Source: the human T2T-CHM13v2.0 reference genome, Homo sapiens. From it: 64,000 nt of DNA. The stretch lies in NCBI RefSeq assembly GCF_009914755.1, contig NC_060926.1; one strand, written 5' to 3'. Positions 12,389-28,590 of the stretch are shown here, in pieces. The translations under genes were made by a program, and so were the position numbers. Every line of letters starts with the position of its first letter. Position 1 is the stretch's first letter. The notes below the pieces were generated by a model, which worked only from the letters and a program-made list of their open reading frames with translations, had not been told where the DNA came from and did not search any database.

Positions 12389-13666
12389 AGGGGAGCAGCT
12401 TCTTTCTAGCAATGAGTCCAGGTGACTGTAGGAACCAGAGGCCAAGGGCTGGTGGGAGATCCGGTCCCAGCATTGGCTGATTCGAGGCAGTGGAAGCCGA
12501 GGTTTGGGGCAATTCCTAGGACAGCATTTTAGGGCACTACAACCTCTTCCTTTGAAGAGGCCCTGATTCTGACTTTCCCAAAGCCAAACTAGGGCCCTTG
12601 AAAGAGTTGAGGAGGCTTCCAGGGAAGCTTTTGAGTTCCCAGAGAGCACAGCAGGCACCACACACTGCAGACCCTTCATCCTACTCAGGGAATGTAGGCT
12701 GAGCTGAGTGAGACTCAAAGAGGACTGCTCTCTCCAGCTCCCATCAACCCCTTGTTTTATAAAACTTTTCCTCAAAGACCAAGTCCCTCGTGTCACTCTT
12801 TTTCAAATGCCCATGACAGCAAGCCTGACCTCCTCCGGCTGGCACTCCGCAAGTGCACCCCTCCTACAAACCTTCCCTGTACCACCTCCCAGGATGCCCT
12901 GCCTCTCTTCTGCTTCAGTTGCCTGAACCCGTCATCCTCACTACCTGCCCATCATTTGCTGGGCTTTTTTCCTTGCCACTATGCTCTCCCCACTCCCCCA
13001 AAAGGAACCTGTAATACAAAACAAGTTTGGTTCAATGTGATGCTCAACAAATACTTTAGTTCAGGGGAGCTTCTCATTATGTCTGGTTAGTTTGCTAAGG
13101 AAATGGGTCCCTGTTCATCTGTCCCCCCACCATGTGATGAAAGCAGCTCACTGCTGTTAAAACCCCATGGCTCCCTGAACCCCAGGGACGCCTTTCGATT
13201 CTGGCCCATGTCCAGGTCTCCCCTTTTATTCCTCTTTCTCCTCATCCCTGACTTCTCCCCTAGTCCTGAGAAGGAGACCTGTCATTAGGCAGGACCCACG
13301 AGGAGCTGGTTCTGCAAACAGAGTCTAGTCTCTTCTTTCTGTGCGCTGTCATATCTTCCTAAGGCTGCTGCTATAGAAGGAGCCCCTATCTAGAAGGTGG
13401 GAGGGAAGGAGAATGGGTAGGGGAAAGATGCAGGAGCAGTGACTTGGATCTTGTGCTTTCCTGAGTTTCTCGCCAGTTGAGCAGCATTTAGCAGTTGGAA
13501 AGGACATCCTATGTCCTGTCTCCTGAAGTCCTGTGCCTCTGTCCCTCGCTCTCTACCCAGCACTCCGTAGCTATGGCACATGGGGGTACTGTCTCCTCTC
13601 TATTAAGTGTAATCTGGGAAAGGGAAGGCAGGCGATTCTCTCTTGATGCAGATGACGTATCCAGGG

Positions 13667-13690
13667 CTCTCTCTCTCTCTCTCTCTCTCT
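13667..13690. repeat. (CT)n microsatellite
   Basis: Direct inspection. Confidence 0.9.
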
Positions 13691-13940
13691 TAATGTTTAT
13701 TCTTTCTGATCCAACAGTGAAAAAAATCAATTTAAAAATAGCAATTAAAACTCCCTTCTCAGAGTGCATATTTGGTTACAGTAGTCTACATCATACTACC
13801 CTCCTTACAGATGTGAAATTGCCCTGAAAGCAGAGTTGTCCAGAAGTGAAATATTAAACAATTCAAACTTAAAATGTTCCAGAGGTAGAGCAAAGAGAGC
13901 TGGGGATATATAAGTAACATACTGTGTAGAACCAGCAAAA

Positions 13941-13997
13941 ACACACACGCATGAGCACACACGCGCGCGCGCGCGCACACACACACACACACACACA
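13941..13997. repeat. Compound (CA)n(CG)7(CA)n alternating purine-pyrimidine tract
   Basis: acacacacgcatgagcacacacgcgcgcgcgcgcgcacacacac... Confidence 0.9.
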
Positions 13998-16465
13998 GTG
14001 TGCGGTGCGCTTTTGTGACTGCTAAAACTATAACATCTGGAATGCCATTCTGGAAAACTTCCAGATGTTTTCCATGAGGAACACTTTGTAAAAATTGTTA
14101 GCCTTCTAGGCATTTGTGAATTTTGTAAGGAGAGTACACTCCCAGGCCCACATAGGAGCAAATATAGGATTATAAAGTGCTAAATGCTTTTCACAACTGT
14201 ATAAGCAATAATGCGCTTTGGGTAAATATTCAGGGAAATTATTTTTACAGACTAAGCAAAAGGATATGTTCCAACCTGCAATTAGATTTGTATTTCAGAG
14301 AAATCAAGAAATGCAGGACAGCTCATCTTAAGGCAGTTTGCCTGGGAGCCAGAGACCCTAACCTGGGAAATGTCACACATCCTGATCATTAATGTCCTCG
14401 TTTGTAGTCATTCCAACGTTGAAAGAGGCTAGCACAGTTTCATAGCTTGTTATATTTATCTTCCTTCCCAGGATTTTTATATTGCATTTTATGAATACGG
14501 CTTCAATTTATATGTAAGCCTCGTAATCATTAGCATTATGTTAAAGAAAAAAAAAGGAAAGAAAAAAATGCTTGGGAAGAAAAAACACTCCAACAACAAT
14601 GCTTGGGAAACCCTTGAGAGAATTGTTAGTTTTTAAAATGCATAATATATAAACATCTTAAAGGAATATCCAGAGTTTCTTTTGAAATTAGAAATTATGT
14701 GAAGCAAGGAAAGAATCATAAAAGCTTATTGATTTCCCAAACCCACTGAGTAGAAGTATTTTTAAACCATGATTCACATAAGGGATACATTTGACACATC
14801 AATAGAAACTGGAGACCAGACTCCGCACCGCCACATCAGATACTGCTCTTAGCTGAGTTTGTTTATCATTACAAAGTGAAAAGAAATTTGTTTCTCCTCC
14901 CCTGCTCCCTCTCCCTTGAGAATGGTGATTTTTATTGATTTTGTCCTTTAGAAAACAGTTGAAGTTAAAATGGCCATGATAAACTCATCAGAGCTATTTG
15001 CCTTTTAATTCTGCACTTTGCTGCCCATTCTTCCTATGTAGGGTTTGGACCCAAACCCAGAGACAGCCATAGCTCCAGGAGCATTTTTGTTTGGAGGTAA
15101 GCTAAGGCTTTCCACTGCCCTCAAAGATTCTTCATTTGGGACCCACAGTGTCCCCCTAGGAAGAATCTGGGAAGGCTGAGCAATTGGAGCCTTCTTTGTA
15201 AATAGGTGGTATGCCCCATCTGGCGGCTCACACTGTGACCACAGAGGAGAGGGACCCAGAGGCTGCCTAAGGGCCCTGGAAACCATGAGACAGTCTCTCT
15301 CAGGCCTGTCACTCACTTCCTTGTCTCCTCCTTCATCTTCATTCATCATCATCACCCTCATGACATTTCCATGAGGGATTTTCTTGCATAAAAGCAACTC
15401 AATAATGAAATAGTTGCAAATCCAGGCATGGCAATAGAATGAAGTATGAGTCTTTCCCATTTTTTAATTTCCCAGAGTGCTGGTGAGCCAGCCCTGGGAT
15501 CTCGGTGTCTGACTGGGACTCACTCACAGGTACAGCCATGAAAACTCAAAGGAGAAAGGGACACACTCTTTGTCACATTCAGCTGTGGAGCTCCCATCTC
15601 ACCAGCTACACAGCCATTTCCTCAAGTGGTTAGTTTCTAAACAGCATGCTTAGCACAGGTTACTCTGAGCTCTTGGTTGTTAATACATGAAAAGAACAGA
15701 AAGCTAAGGATATTCTGATTCTACCCCAGGGCTGCTTCAAAGACAAAAGGAAAGAAATGAGAAATGGGAAAATGCCCAAGGAATCAGAAAATATCACAAG
15801 GTCAACCCACCTCGTGTAAATCAGCGCACACCGTTCCAGAGGGTCGCATAGAAACCTCACGCTCAGGTTTAATTTGCCCATCCTGAAGTATTTTTCCTAG
15901 TAGTGCCAAATGCCATAATGCTCTCTGTCAGTGATTTGAAATTATTCTATAAGCCACATATCGGGTACACTATTGTTAATGAAATGCACACAAGATGATG
16001 AACAACTTCCTTTTCCTGCTGGAGCCCCAGCTGCAACCAGTGCCTGGATCCTTCATGCTGTAAATCAGCCCTTTGTACTCCAGGAGGATTCAATGAGCTG
16101 CAGGTGTGGGCTGTGGAAGGCCGCCTGGGATTAGGTAGCAGCATTTGATATGAGATCCCAAATAGCACTGGCAATCTATGCGCCACATGCGGCCACAGGC
16201 TTTGGAGAAAGCAAAGGAAAAACGCTGATGAAATGTGGCACGGGCCCATGGAATGCAATGTCAAAGTTTCACATCTGCAGGAAAAGAAAGAGAGTTCCTA
16301 ATTTTACAGTGATGATGTCATTGAGAATTCATGACAGTGGAAATGATGGGCCAAGGTTTGCAAACTTAACCACTTAGGAGGTTGCTAACTGAAGGCTGAG
16401 CTTTTCAAGGGACAGTGTGGATTTGTGTGGAACACTGATTTGCCTTCCTGACCTGAGCAGTCATA

Positions 16466-16512
16466 GTGTCTGTGTGTGTGTGTGTGTGTGTATGCATGTG
16501 TGTGCACACACA
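16466..16512. repeat. (TG)n microsatellite
   Basis: Direct inspection. Confidence 0.9.
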
Positions 16513-17859
16513 TTTGCGCACAGGCTCTGGAGAGACATGGGGAGAGGAAAAGAACTTGTATTTGAGAGGTTATGCATTATGCAGGCATATCAAGCTGATA
16601 TTTTGCATGCCAAATGTGTCCTTAAAAATATACTGTCTCTGTGTCATTCAGCATAAAACACTGCTGACTGTCCTTAACAACAATATAATTTTAAAAGATT
16701 GATTTCAGACGCTCCAAAAATTCACGAGCCAAGAAAAACTATCATAGTTGTTCACTTTCTCCCTAATGTTAACTGCCGAAAAGAGCTTCTTTTTAAATAT
16801 TTTTTTCTTCCTTGAGACTGAAGAGACATAAAAATAAGTCTGGTTTTGTTATTAGTACATGGATAAAATATGTATTGAAGAAAACACATCTTTAATTTTT
16901 TAAGAGTCTGTTTTTCATTAGCTTATCTTGATAGTTTAAGTTAATCATTATTTTCAGCCATATATGATTTAGATATTATGTCATTAATTCATGTACAGTC
17001 CATCTGAGTAATGATTGTGGTTTTCTACTTTACAAATTCATCTACTTCACCAAGAAACCAAGAGAGTCAAATTCCATGCAACATCTGGTTTCCATTGAAT
17101 GTAATTGCCATTTGCAGAGTTATAATCATGTGTTATTGTAAGGGCCACCGTGTCAATCACTCTCCTAATGGGGAAAATTCAATGCCTAAATACCTGGGAG
17201 AACAAGAAGCTGACTTAAACAGGTGCATTCAGACACTAGGTTTTAAGTAGAATTCTAACCTACCCATTTAAATAAATCATTTTAAGGAGAAACAATATTC
17301 TTTCCATCCCCTGTAGCAAGGGAAAGCATAAAATCCAGGACTTCAATCTCCCATGCTCAGTTCCAGTACTATATCATGTTTAATCTTTTTAAAAATGTTC
17401 AAATATGCCTATATCATAGTGATTCCTTATGTTCCATACTCTCATGGGAACTCCCAAAGGCCAGGCAGGATTTTTGAAAACTTTCTGGGGGAAGGGACCA
17501 TCTTCTGATTCTTCCTGCCTTACATCTTCTGATTCTTCCTGTCTTTTTTTCTTACGATGAAAATAAGCCACACTTGATTTAAGAAAATATTAAACCATTC
17601 AAACTACTAAAGTCATTATAGCTTTTTCTAGCCCATGGGGTTTTTTGGGGGGATAATCACATAAGAGGTTGAAAAAATCATGAAGCACCGTGGTAGAGAG
17701 TGCAATATGTAAGCACTTTATGGCAAAAGTGAACCACATTTCCTTGACCTCATTCTCCATTGTGTTTACAAGCCAAGCCTTGTTTGAACTGGTAAATGTT
17801 TGGCCATGCATTCAGGAAACATTTCCTAAGGCAAAAATAACACGCCAGGAATTGCACTG

Positions 17860-18085
17860 GACATTCAGGATGCAATGATGAATAAGACAATCTAGAGGGT
17901 GAGAGAGCACACACGCAGGTAATTACAACATCAGACAAGAAGTAGAAATAAGCCCACATATTATAGCAGCAGAGAAAGGCCATTTTATCCAGCCAGCTTA
18001 AGAAGGAGGAGTGAGTCCCAGAAGGCTCCCTGGAGAAGGTGACAGCTGAGCCAAGTTTTAAAGGATGGATAGAAGTGAAAGGCTT
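17860..18085 (-). mobile_element. L2 fragment
   Basis: gatgaataagaca...gaaggctccctggagaaggtgacagctgagccaagttttaaaggatggatagaagt. Confidence 0.6.
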
Positions 18086-19894
18086 TCTATATAAAGGCCT
18101 TTAATTTTAGTACCTGCTAAGGAAATGTTTATGCTAGTAAACTTTTTGATTCAATAGAAATACTATGAAAAGGTAATTTACAGTTCTGTTCAATTCATTC
18201 CTTCACATAGTTATATAAATGACATTTACTATTCTATTCATTGCACGTATTCTTCTCATCTATGCAAAACTTAGGAAGCATGAGAGAAGTAGCAATTCCC
18301 ACAAGCAATTTTCATTATCTTTGGCATTATCATTACTGAAATACCATCTTACATTTGAGGAACACTCTGAAATCTGCAAAAGGCTTTTGACAACATTTTA
18401 TTTTCTTGTCACAGTAAGGTAGGAGGTGCAAGTATTAGATTGGTCCCACTGCAACACAGATGTTAAAAGGTCTTGGTGACAAAAGGGCTAGAATTCAAGT
18501 CTATAACCTCCATAACTAAGACTGCTGGGCTTAAAAACATGCAGCCTCTCACCTAGATGAGGAAAGAAGGAAGAACTTAGCATCTGGACCATAGTTGATG
18601 CTCACCATGATTGAACAAACGAAAACATTTCCAGCTCTCAATTAGTCATGCAGATGGAGATGACTTTACTCCAGAAAACTTAAACTAAGAGTTAACCTTC
18701 AGAACCATTTCTGTTGGTTTATCATGCATTTTGTGATCATATTGGCAGCAGATTTATTCTCACAATTTTCCTTCTTTTTAAGCAACTAGTTGAGGTTTTC
18801 CACATCCTCTGAGCGCTTCCAGACTTAAAACTGATGAGATAACCCAAAAATGCCTGAAAGGATGGCAGGATGATGCAGGCTGGAATGAATAAATACTGGT
18901 AAATAAACATATGGATAATGCATAAGTAGCAATGTCAAAATAAAATAAAATAACCTCCAAAATAGGAAAGTAAGGACTAAAGAGACCATGTCAGTAAGTA
19001 GCATTGGTTCCAGACTCAGGGATCCCACCTTCTAATACTGGCTCATGAATTATTTGTTTAGCCTCTACTAGCCCGTGGTTTTGTCATCTATTCAAGAGGA
19101 ATCACAGCCTCTCCCCCACCCAGCAAACATACTTGTTGAGCGAATCAATGGAAATGTCTAATAGAAAGCTGTGCAAATTATAAAGCAGTAAGTAAATGCA
19201 GGGAAGTTATTACCCCTGACAAATTGAGAGGTGCTTCCCTTTCCATCTGAGGTTGCCAGAGATTGGTTTATAGTAATAACATCTGTCTGGTCGAGGCCCC
19301 ACTGAAGATCATGAGACCCAGGGAGGCAGGAATCCAGTTTCTTGGCCTTCTGAAGTCCAGATGAAAGCTGTTTCTCAGAAAACTCTTGTTGCTTTCTGCT
19401 TTTGTTGTTGTTGTTTTGAAAGATGGTTATTTAAGTCTAAGGGGACTTTAAGCCTCCTTCCAAACAGAATCCACAGTTTCCAGAATGCCTACGTGTTTAC
19501 TATAATTTGTACAATCATGTACTGTGACATAGAGCATATAACATTTCTATAAAGATGCCCTGATGTTGTATTCTAAGGCTCCTCAGAAGGCAGCCTTAGA
19601 GTTTCCCTGCCAGGGATGCTTTTCATCCTCAGAATCAGGGACTAACCAATTCTTTCTGGATCTGATTCAAGGAACCAGTCAGTAATCACTGGGAGAATCC
19701 ATGCTCCCTTCGCCCTCCCTCGCCATAACTGCAGCTTTTGACAATGGATAAGCAGATAACAACATGCGTGATGGAAGGCCCCTTGAAGCCACTTTCTCCC
19801 AGGACATTTCTCACTCAGAGTTTAAAAGATGGCAAATGAGAACAGTGATATTGGCCACACCTGCAGAGAAGAATGGCCTCTCAGATTAATTGTC

Positions 19895-20100
19895 AGGACA
19901 CCTGAAATCAGCTCCAAGTTGTGCCAATTATCAGCTATGGGGGTTCTTAGGTAAGTTTCATAAACTTTCTTGGCCTTAGTTTACACATCTATATAATGGA
20001 GAAGATATTTCTTGCTATTATACTTTAAGTGAAGGTTGTAAAATTAAATATGTAAATTATTTGAAAAGATAGCACAGTAGGTCAACAAATATGTATATAC
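19895..20100 (+). mobile_element. MIR SINE
   Basis: cttaggtaagtttcataaactttcttggccttagtttacacatctatataatgg core. Confidence 0.6.
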
Positions 20101-20154
20101 CATATGTCTTATAACTAAATGATTGTTAATAATTATCAAAGGCTCTATATTGTG

Positions 20155-20398
20155 TAATAAGAGCTGGCATGTATTGCATACTTGCCACATGTTTGCACTT
20201 TTTTAAGCTTGTCACAGGCTTTAACTCATTTAATTTTTACAAGCAGCCAGTGTATGCACCAGTATCATCCAACATCATTCAGGCTCAGAGAGCTTAAGTA
20301 AAAAGTAACACAGTTCCCAAGTGGTCCAGCCAGGATTTGAACCTAGGAAGTCTGGCTCCAAGGCCTGCGTGCCTCACCACTGTGCTATATTGCTTCTC
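20155..20398 (-). mobile_element. MIR SINE
   Basis: aggctcagagagcttaagtaa...gccaggatttgaacctaggaagtctggctccaaggcctg. Confidence 0.7.
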
Positions 20399-20439
20399 AT
20401 CCATGCAGGAATATATACATATACACATGTATTTCAATA

Positions 20440-21025
20440 TCTTTATCATACTTACAAAAAAATTTACAAAAATAATACAAAGAATTTTTATATAATTTTT
20501 CCTAGATTCTCCAAATGTTAATACTTTAGCACATTTACTTTATCATTCTCTCTTTCTCTAGACAAACACGCATATTTACATTTTTCTGAATCCTTTGAGA
20601 GTTGCAGACATGATGCCCCTTAATGTCTAAATATCTCTGTATATTTCCTAAAACAAGGACATTCTCTTGCACGACCACAGTATAATTATTAAAATCAGAA
20701 ATTAACCTTGATACAGTACTATTGTCTAGTCTACAGATTATAGCCACATTTTGCAAAATATCTCACCAGCATCCTGGATAGCAAAAGTTTTGTGGGTTTG
20801 GTTTTTTTTAGAACTTTTTTTTCCTGGATCTTATCCAGGATCACACATTGCATGACCTTGACATTTTTGAAGACAACTGGGTTTGGGCTTCTCTGATGTG
20901 TTCTGATTAGGTCCAGGTTGTGCATTTTTAGCCAGCATACCACAGAAGTGATGATGCGTCCTTCTCTGTGCATTTTATCAGGAAGCATATGATATCTATT
21001 TGTCACATTACTGGTGAGGTTAAAA
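20440..21025 (-). mobile_element. Old L1M (L1MC-like) 3' end fragment
   Basis: gagagttgcagacatgatgcccct...tatttcctaaaacaaggacattctctt...accacagaagtgatgatgcgtccttctctgtgcat. Confidence 0.7.
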
Positions 21026-22365
21026 AAAAAACATATTTTTAAACTGTGTACTTTGTTTACGAGGTAACATGTCTCTCCGCTGCCCAGGAAGCTCCCAAAG
21101 GGAGGAGTGGGGCTCCCTTCATGTCTATGTCCTCTGCCAGCCTGACACAGCACTGCACATTGGCTTTGTGCTCAGTAAACTCTTGCTTTGCTTTCTCCTT
21201 TTTGATCCATCTCTTCTGGTGATTCTTTCATGTTTACTCCTTATAATGAGAGAATCAAGGCAAAAGCCTATCTGTTTGTTCATTCTGCAACCAGGATGCC
21301 CACTCAATTTATGGAGCTCCTTGTCAGGCTCTGAACCAGTTGCTGGAAGAATACAGAGGTAAACAAAACATAGCCCCACTGTCCTCCAGGAGATGGTGTC
21401 ACCTAAGCCAGCCCCTATAGCAGAGAGAGAATGGTGGACTCGTCCTTCCTCCACCATCCCAGGATCTCCAGCCTCAAGACCTTTTCTCCCCAGCTTCCAC
21501 CCCCATTTTCCCACTTTACTTCTCAACAGTCAGGGTCCTGTCTTCTGTCTCACCAATTACCCAGTAGTTAAGTGTCAGAGTGTCAGAGGCTTCTGGTAAG
21601 ATCATGTGTTTCCTTCCTGATAACATGTTTGCTTACTAGTAGCAGTTTCCTAGAAACAGGAACTTAACTAAAGGAGTGATCCTAGTGGTAGGATGTTCAG
21701 GAGGCAGGAAGATTTCTAAGCAGCAGTGCCATTCGGATTCTTCCACACTGCACAGCAGAGTGGTGTCCCCTGTCCCTTTGCTCTGTAGATGTGACCTCTA
21801 ATCAGAACTGGCCTCACTGTCCCCCTCACCCAGGACATGCAGAAGTCCCACAGTGGACTGCACACCAGAACTCTCCAAGAAGCAGGTTAATGAAGAAAAG
21901 AAGGAAATGTGATTGACACCATCTTTATGTCACTAAAAATGTCTAGTTTCTGCCTTTGATCTAATTAGTAAATGCAGGATCAAGTCATCTTTTTATTTAT
22001 TGAAAGCCTGGCTCTGTGAGGGGACAAGCTTCAGGTGAGCCAGAGAGAAATCAGGAAAAGCATGCCCCCTGCCCTCCTGGAGTTTGTAGTTCAGCCCCCC
22101 AACCCTCCCTGACCAGCAAATGCAATGGGCATTTGGCAAGCTTGTCAACATGTCATCACCTGCTGATGTGGTGCAGTAGCCTTTGACAAGTGCACGTGTT
22201 ACTGTCCAGTCACAGCCAGTCATTAAAGTGAAAAGTCAACACAAACTACTGCTTTCAAAGAAAGCAGTCTCACTCTGCCGTCTGGGACCAGGGCAGATGC
22301 AGGGCCCCTATGGCAGCACAGACAGATGGAATGCAGGAGGAGGAAGGGTCAAGAACATGGCAGCT

Positions 22366-22659
22366 GGCCAGGCGTGGTGTCTCATGCCTGTAATTCCAGC
22401 ACTTTGGGAGGCTGAGGCGGGCAGATCATGAGGTCAGGAGATCAAGACCATCCTGGCTAACACAGTGAAACCCTGTCTCTACTAAAAATGCAAAAAGTTA
22501 GCCAGGCGTGGTTGCGGTCATTTGTAGTCCCAGCTACTCAGGAGGCTGAGGCAGGAGAATGGGGGGAACCTGGGAGCCGGATCTTGCAGTGAGCCAAGAT
22601 CGCGCCACTGCACTCCAGCCTGGGCGACAGAGAGAGACTCTGTCTCAAAAGAAAAAAAA
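22366..22659 (+). mobile_element. Alu, AluY-like
   Basis: gagatcaagaccatcctggctaacacagtgaaac diagnostic; 14-bp TSD aagaacatggcagc at 22351-22364 and 22660-22673. Confidence 0.93.
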
Positions 22660-22875
22660 AAGAACATGGCAGCCTCTGCTGGTGATACCCAGGCAAACAG
22701 GGTCTGCAGTGGACTTCCAGCAAACTCCAGCAGACCTGCAGAAGAGGGGCCTGACTGTTAGAAGGAAAAATAACAAACAGAAAGGAGTAGCATCAACAAT
22801 AAAAGGGACGTCCACTCAGAGACCCCATCTGAAGGTCAGCGACTTCAAAGACCAAAGGTAGATAAATCTGCAAAG

Positions 22876-23908
22876 ATGAGGAAAAACCAGCACAAAAAGG
22901 CTGAAAATTGCAAAAACCAGAATGCCTCTTCTCCTACAAAGGATCACAACTCCTCACCAGCAAGAGAACAAAACTGGACAGAGAATGAGTTTGATGAGTT
23001 GACAGAAGTAGGCTTCAGAAGGTGGGTAATAACAAACTCCTCCAAGCTAAAGGAGCATGTTCTAACCCATCGCAAGGAAGCTAAAAACCTTGAGAAAAGG
23101 TTAGATGAATGGCTAACTTACCAGTATACAGAAGAACAGACTGATGGAGACAGAACATCTGATGGAGCTAAAAAGCACAGAACGAGAACTTTGTGAAGCA
23201 TACACAAGTATCAGTAGCCAAACTGATCAAGCAGAAGAAAGGATATCAGAGATTGAAGATCAACTGAACAAAATAAAGTGTGAAGACAAGATTAGAGAAA
23301 AAAGAATGAAAAGGAACAAACAAAGCATCCAAGAAATATGGGACTATATGAAAAGATCATACCTATGTGTGATTGGTGTACGTGAAAGTGACAGGCAGAA
23401 TGGAATCAAGCTGGAAAACACTCTTCAGGATATTAGCCAAGAGAACTTCTCCAGCCTAGCAAGAAAGGCCAACATTCAAATTCAGGAAATACAGAGAACA
23501 CCACAAAGGTACTCCTCAAGAAGAGCAACCCCAAGAAAAGTAATTGTCAGATTCACCAAGGTTGAAATGAAGGAAAAAATGTTAAGGGCAGCCAGAGAGA
23601 AAGGCCAGGTTACCCACAAAGGGAAGCCCATCAGACTAACAGCAGATCTCTCTGCAGAAACCCTACAAGCCAGAAGAGAGTGGGGGCCAATATTCGACAT
23701 TCTTAAAGAAAAGAATTTTCAACCCAGAATTTCATATCCAGCCAAACTAAGCTTCATAAGCAAAGGAGAAATAAAATCCTTTACAGACAAGGAAATGCTG
23801 AGAGATTTTGTTACCACCAAGCCTGCCTTACAAGAGCTCCTGAAGGAAGCACCAAATATGGAAAGGAACAACCAGTACCAGCCACTGCAAAAACATACCA
23901 AATTCTAA
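22876..23908 (+). pseudogene. L1 ORF1p remnant (frameshifted near 23120-23150)
   Basis: ORFs 22876-23196 and 23144-23908 translate to L1 ORF1p (RPNL-equivalent RSYLCVIG, KGKPIRLTADLS, QPRISYPAKLSF). Confidence 0.93.
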
Positions 23909-23968
23909 AGACCATAGACGCTACAAAGAAACTGCAACTAATGGGCAGACTAACCAGCTAGCATCATA

Positions 23969-27990
<4,022 letters not shown>

Positions 27991-28365
27991 TGCGGGGATA
28001 TGGATGAAGCCGGAAACCATCATTCTCAGCAAACTAACACAGGAACAGAAAACCACACACTGCAAGTTCTCACTCATAAGTGGGAGTTGAACAATGAGAA
28101 CACATGGAGACAGAGAGAGGAATATCAAACACTGGGGCCTACTGGGTTGAGGGGGTTAGGGGAGGGATAGCATTAGGATGAATACACAATGTAGATGATG
28201 GGTTGATGGGTTCAGCAAACTACCATGGCACGTGTATACCTATGTAACAAACCTGCACGTTCTGCATGTGTATCCCAGAACCTAAAGTATAATTTAAAAA
28301 AAAAAAAAAAGAAAAATCATGAAAAATATATAAATAAATAAAATAAAATAAAAATAAATAAATAA

Positions 28366-28590
28366 AGGAACATGGCCTTTGGATTTCAATGGTTGGATTT
28401 CAGTGCCAACACTAACAAGCTGATGAACTCCAGATAAATGATTTAACGGGGCTAGATAAATCTCCTCACTTGTAACACTGGAATATTAATAGAACCTATC
28501 TCAAAATGTTGTAAGGAATAAATGAGATGTAAACTGTGTAGCTCCACTGACAGGAAAATGATAAGGTTCCAGGAGCTGACAGCATTATTA
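28366..28590 (+). mobile_element. MIR SINE (host of the L1 and Alu insertions)
   Basis: gaacatggcctttgga...taacaagctgatgaactccagataaatgatttaac...aatagaacctatctcaaaatgttgtaaggaataaatgagat. Confidence 0.6.

Noticed and set aside
12296-12796. 166-aa minus-strand ORF
   Set aside because: Non-ATG start, ends in Alu sequence, no recognisable homology.
15005-15460. 151-aa minus-strand ORF with ATG start
   Set aside because: No recognisable homology or promoter context; cannot be supported as coding without conservation or ribosome data.
23144-23908. Longest ORF (254 aa) as a functional or domesticated gene
   Set aside because: It is the C-terminal part of L1 ORF1p downstream of a frameshift in a decayed L1 lacking most of its promoter. 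Nothing suggests selection.
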